Below are positions 60,147 to 64,000 of a DNA stretch of 64,000 bases, in pieces (position 1 is the first letter of the stretch; every line of letters begins with the position of its first letter). Made by a program: the position numbers and the translations under genes. Origin of the DNA: Spirochaetota bacterium (GTDB taxonomy: Bacteria; Spirochaetota; UBA4802; UBA5550). Below the pieces are notes generated by a model. That model ran no database searches and was not told the DNA's origin. It saw only the letters and a list, made by a program, of their open reading frames with translations. The DNA lies in the NCBI GenBank assembly GCA_963664815.2, contig CAXXHB010000003.1, positions 2,336,001 through 2,400,000 of the forward strand. The letters are read 5' to 3'.

Positions 60147-61298
60147 TTATTTATATACGAATAAAGCGGCAGCGTCTGCATTGGAGATGTTTTTATCGGT
60201 TATATCCGTAAGGTCTGTCCTTGTTGTCCCCTTCCAGTAGCATGCAACGTCTACCAGGCCAGAATCATACGTCCCGGAATAATTACCTGCCGCGTAGACT
60301 GTGCCGCTGCCTGCATAAATGGAATTAACCTCACCCTCAGCAGAGCCCAGTTCTGTTATTGTGGTGCCTGTCCAGTAACATGGATAAAAACCATTGCGGC
60401 GGCCGGCAGTATATACTGTGCCGTCACTGTCCACGGCTATAGAATACACATACGAATTTGTAACCGCCGCATGATCATACCGTGTTGTACTTTCGTCGGT
60501 AATTACCCAATACACACCGGTAAAAGTTACCGTTTCTTCATCATAGAGCTTACCGCAAACATATATGGTTCCGTCTTTTACAAGGATGCCGTTAGCCTGC
60601 TGACCGGAAAGCAAATATGACGGTGTTATGCCTCCGGTTGTTGCCTTTCCCTCAGACACCTTCCAACAGCATGCCACCTCTTTCGTTCCGCTGGAATAAT
60701 TTCCCGCGACATAAACCGCATCGTCATTGACAAAGATCGAGTTTGCATTACCAAAACTGTAGTCCAGAACGAATGCCAGGTCTTTTCTTGTCACGGTACC
60801 GCTGCTGTTTATTGTCCAGTAGCAGGCCGTTGTTTTCACCGTAGTGCCGCAATTCCCTGCGATATACGCCATGCCGTCGTGAACATAAACAGAGGGGGCA
60901 TCCAGGCCGCCGCTCAGGTCGTACCTTGTAACCGTGCCGTCACCTGAAATTATCCAGCAGCACGCGATATACGATTCTGATGAGCTGTTCCAGGTCGTTC
61001 CTGAAACATATATTGTGTTGTTATACACGCAAACAGATTCAGGATAGGAATCATTTGTAAGTACTGTTTCAGTTTTTCCGCTCTCTGTTATTTTCCATAC
61101 ACAGCTTATATATTGAGATTCTCCCTCTTTTGAGTTGTCGACATAATTTCCGGCAACATAAACAGCAGTAACTCCGTTAGTACTGTTACCTCCGCCGTTA
61201 CCAGCCCCATCTCCGCTGCCGCCTCCGCCGCTGCAGGATGTAAAGGCCATCAAGATTGCGTACAGTACTACCAGTATTTTTTTAAAAGACAGTTTCAT
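60147..61298 (-). CDS. Beta-propeller-like lipoprotein (VYVAG...ACYW repeats)
   Basis: Lipobox FTSC, Gly-rich linker, repeated SI.V....VYVAG.....ACYW. Confidence 0.8.
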   Translation of the reverse strand: MKLSFKKILVVLYAILMAFTSCSGGGGSGDGAGNGGGNSTNGVTAVYVAGNYVDNSKEGESQYISCVWKITESGKTETVLTNDSYPESVCVYNNTIYVSGTTWNSSSESYIACCWIISGDGTVTRYDLSGGLDAPSVYVHDGMAYIAGNCGTTVKTTACYWTINSSGTVTRKDLAFVLDYSFGNANSIFVNDDAVYVAGNYSSGTKEVACCWKVSEGKATTGGITPSYLLSGQQANGILVKDGTIYVCGKLYDEETVTFTGVYWVITDESTTRYDHAAVTNSYVYSIAVDSDGTVYTAGRRNGFYPCYWTGTTITELGSAEGEVNSIYAGSGTVYAAGNYSGTYDSGLVDVACYWKGTTRTDLTDITDKNISNADAAALFVYK

Positions 61299-61320
61299 AT
61301 AAATTAATCTCCTTTTCTTC

Positions 61321-61370
61321 TATCAATTACTTTCAATTACTTCCAGCTACTTTCAGCTACTTTCAATTCA
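61321..61370. repeat. Five tandem imperfect 10-bp repeats upstream of the lipoprotein RBS
   Basis: TATCAATTAC TTTCAATTAC TTCCAGCTAC TTTCAGCTAC TTTCAATTCA. Confidence 0.7.
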
Positions 61371-61901
61371 ACACCGCCTTCCCTTACAGCTTCAGTTCTC
61401 TATTTACCCGTATTACATCACAGACGCATAACCGGCGTTTCCTTCGACACTATACACTACAAAGTATGTATTATTTGAATTGAGCATTCGGGAGGTATAT
61501 ATCATCTCACCGCTTCCGGCGGGATAGCCACCTTCGGTTTTGCAGCGGATGATGACGACTGTCTGCATCGCATTATCGAACCCCCCTTCAGGAGTAAACT
61601 CCATGCCGCATTCATGAATGTGCTGTTTGAATCATCGATATGATATTTTCAGAGGTTTGTCTGGCAAAATGCTGATAAGATCAGAAAATTGCCGGTCAGG
61701 AACGGTTTGCGTCAGAGCTGTCGCAGAAACGCGCCGGTTTTTTGCCGACAGTGTTCATAAAGGTGTTATTAAAGGTGTGCAGACTGCATATAAACAGATT
61801 TTTGTCCTGATAAATCTGCATAAACAATCAGTTCCGCCAGTTAGTGATAAAACCGGTTTTGCATAACATATGTTCATTAAATAAAAAAATCCGCGATTAA
61901 A

Positions 61902-63002
61902 TCATCTTTCACTGCTGACAAGTGCAATGGCTATATAATTGGGATTATTACCAACAGTAATGCTCCTGTTAAAAGTTATTACCCCTGTCGAACTATCTAC
62001 ATTCAGTATTGAAACTGAATTTGTCGATGGATGGGTCACGTACATCCAGTTACCGTCAGGGTAAAAAGCCGCCATAAAGGGTGTTGTGTTTAATGTATAG
62101 GTACCGATGTCTGTCAACGTACCTGTTGACTGGTTGATGCTGTAACCGTAGATTGTTGTACCGACTATTGTATAGATGAATTTACCGTCAGGACGCATAT
62201 ATATGCCAAAATTAGTTCCGCTTGTTGTTGTATAATATGCTTTATTGGCTTCATCAAGGTCGGCTCCGCCGCTGATTACCGGAACAAGCCACATGTTGTT
62301 GTCACTTACATTTACTCCGTACAAAAATTTTCCCGATGGATGTATAACACACCTGTGCGGAGGTGAATATGAACCGCTCCATGAAGTATTAACGCCGGCT
62401 GTTACAGTACCGGTATCGGAGATTGCATATACTAAATAAGTACTTGAAGCAAAGCAGAAAACATAAAAATATTTGCCATTTGGATGGATTATTGATGAGT
62501 TCGGCCAGTTATTGGTTCCTGTTGATGATATCTGTGTCAGTTCACCGGTACTCTGATTGATAGAATCAAAATAAACAGCTGTGTTATCTCCGTTCACACA
62601 GGTATGCCATTTTCCGTTAGGATGAAAAAAATGCATCCATTCGCTGTATATTCCAAAATAGTAAGTTCCTCTTGCAGGATTTGCAAATACATTATAACTG
62701 CTCAGGGCACCATCATTTTCAGCCGTATACACAGCATAGGTATAACCTGAACCGGTTGTCAGCTGCAAATATACAAATTTTTTGTTCGGATGAATCTGCA
62801 TATACATCTGGCCTGCTGTCCCACCGGGAAGGGTTACAGCTCCCTTATTAAAAATATTACCGTTGAAATCAATGTTCAAACATGAAATTGTTAAATCATT
62901 GTCATTAACCACATACATGTTTACGTGCTCATCGTAATTAGTCCTGTTGCATGAAAAATTAAATATTATGACTGCAGCAAGAATAAACATTTTCATAACC
63001 AA
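61902..63002 (-). CDS. Lactonase/6-phosphogluconolactonase-like beta-propeller lipoprotein
   Basis: Lipobox NFSC; repeats of IHPNGKYFYV, HPSGKFLY, RPDGKFIY and INQSTG.LT. Confidence 0.8.
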   Translation of the reverse strand: MVMKMFILAAVIIFNFSCNRTNYDEHVNMYVVNDNDLTISCLNIDFNGNIFNKGAVTLPGGTAGQMYMQIHPNKKFVYLQLTTGSGYTYAVYTAENDGALSSYNVFANPARGTYYFGIYSEWMHFFHPNGKWHTCVNGDNTAVYFDSINQSTGELTQISSTGTNNWPNSSIIHPNGKYFYVFCFASSTYLVYAISDTGTVTAGVNTSWSGSYSPPHRCVIHPSGKFLYGVNVSDNNMWLVPVISGGADLDEANKAYYTTTSGTNFGIYMRPDGKFIYTIVGTTIYGYSINQSTGTLTDIGTYTLNTTPFMAAFYPDGNWMYVTHPSTNSVSILNVDSSTGVITFNRSITVGNNPNYIAIALVSSER

Positions 63003-63251
63003 TCTCCCGGTATAATAATAACAATAATTATCTGTTCAGACCATTACAGAATCTATCAGTAAAGAATTTTATTTAAACATATATTCTTCACTTTTTACTA
63101 CTATTGGTTATAAAAAATTCTGTATTGTAAAAACCCGACAAAAGCTGAAAAATCAGGGGATATTCATGAAATAAAAACAAACTGCGAAGATTATAGCTGT
63201 CAGCGGCTGAAAAAGCAAACTAATTTGAATTTTTACTTAAGTATACAGGTA

Positions 63252-64000
63252 CTAAAAAGTGGTCTGCTTTTCAAGTTCTATACAGTCCCTGAAAAAATTC
63301 TCCTGGTGTGATGCCACCTTCTCCCTGAAAATAAAAAAATTGGCGCTCTTGACAATCTTTTTATTAAGCTGGTCGCGGAAATAACCGGGAGTAAATGTTG
63401 TTGCCGCTTTAAATTCTTTTATGAAATGCGAATCGTCAAAATAAACGAACGACTCCGGGTGTTCCTGCCATTTGAATTTCCTTTGAGAAATCATTATGGC
63501 AAGAACATGCTTAAAACGCGAAACCCTGATAAATTCCCCGGGGGAAAGTCCTATGCATCCTGTAAAAGTACGCTCCAGCATCCTTTCTGTTATACCCAGG
63601 TAATCCCTTATTTCGCGGACGGTAATTCTGCCGGGATTGCTCTGGATCAGTTTTACCGCCGAATCCGCCCTGCCGGCAACCCGTAGCGGGCTGGACGTCT
63701 TTTTATACCTGAGAAGAAAACTTTCGATTATACTCTTCCTTGTTTCGAAGGAGTCGGAATTATTCAGGTCGTTCTCCAGTGTCCCTGCTTCGTTGCCAAG
63801 CACATCATAGACCGCGAAAGACGAATTCTTCAATTCAGCCTGCGGCATTCCGAACAGCTTCTGAAACGCACCCGTTCTGAACCTGACATGAAAGGTCTTG
63901 TTTGTCTTTGTTATGTTATCCGCACGGCAGATAGTCTGAAGAGTATGCTGGCCGACTATTTTACCGTACGACTGGCTGGAATAATTTTCGTTCCTGAGCC
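63252..64000 (-). CDS. AraC family transcriptional regulator, 5' end outside window
   Basis: ITERMLERTF..CIGLSPGEFIRVSRF and YFDDSHFIKEFK. The frame is open upstream of 63848 (IVGQHT...FHVRFRTGAFQKLFG). Confidence 0.85.
   Translation of the reverse strand, partial: LRNENYSSQSYGKIVGQHTLQTICRADNITKTNKTFHVRFRTGAFQKLFGMPQAELKNSSFAVYDVLGNEAGTLENDLNNSDSFETRKSIIESFLLRYKKTSSPLRVAGRADSAVKLIQSNPGRITVREIRDYLGITERMLERTFTGCIGLSPGEFIRVSRFKHVLAIMISQRKFKWQEHPESFVYFDDSHFIKEFKAATTFTPGYFRDQLNKKIVKSANFFIFREKVASHQENFFRDCIELEKQTTF

Overview
AT-rich (roughly 38-40% GC by eye) bacterial chromosomal segment. Its many beta-propeller and CLec lipoproteins, FliG-C and FliM-like orphans and anaerobic acyl-CoA enzymes suggest an anaerobic Spirochaetota member (inference). 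Left to right: (1) a truncated SbcD/Mre11 nuclease; (2) a tight nine-gene minus-strand operon (13003->1951) encoding a multi-zinc-ribbon protein, a triple CbbX/SpoVK-type AAA+ ATPase, a zinc-ribbon-FHA protein, a PP2C phosphatase, a membrane zinc-ribbon protein, a Ser/Thr kinase-ankyrin-TM protein, a FliG-C protein and two further proteins. The kinase N-tail has seven T-x-x-I/L motifs and the FHA protein ends in the same motif (TARI), which suggests an uncharacterised phospho-threonine-gated assembly and remodelling system; (3) a FliM/SpoA-like orphan, a subclass B1 metallo-beta-lactamase, hisC, rhomboid and ppnP; (4) an acyl-CoA cluster (AbfD-like, TetR, Fe-S protein, 3-hydroxyacyl-CoA dehydrogenase, SDR) and two ABC-F genes; (5) tRNA-Cys and tRNA-Leu, then a 4.6 kb decayed island bounded by direct repeats in the tRNA terminator, carrying a broken integrase, an intact GmrSD-like DUF262 gene, an SSB and a frameshifted HNH gene; (6) a surface-protein-rich right half with two paralogous FN3+beta-barrel / lipoprotein pairs, perR-rubrerythrin with a perfect operator palindrome, a DUF4258/DUF2283 pair, and a Tat-lipoprotein WD40 with a Cys-rich tail next to a radical SAM/SPASM enzyme. 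No CRISPR array, rRNA or intact transposase was seen. All family calls come from motif recognition by eye, not from database searches.
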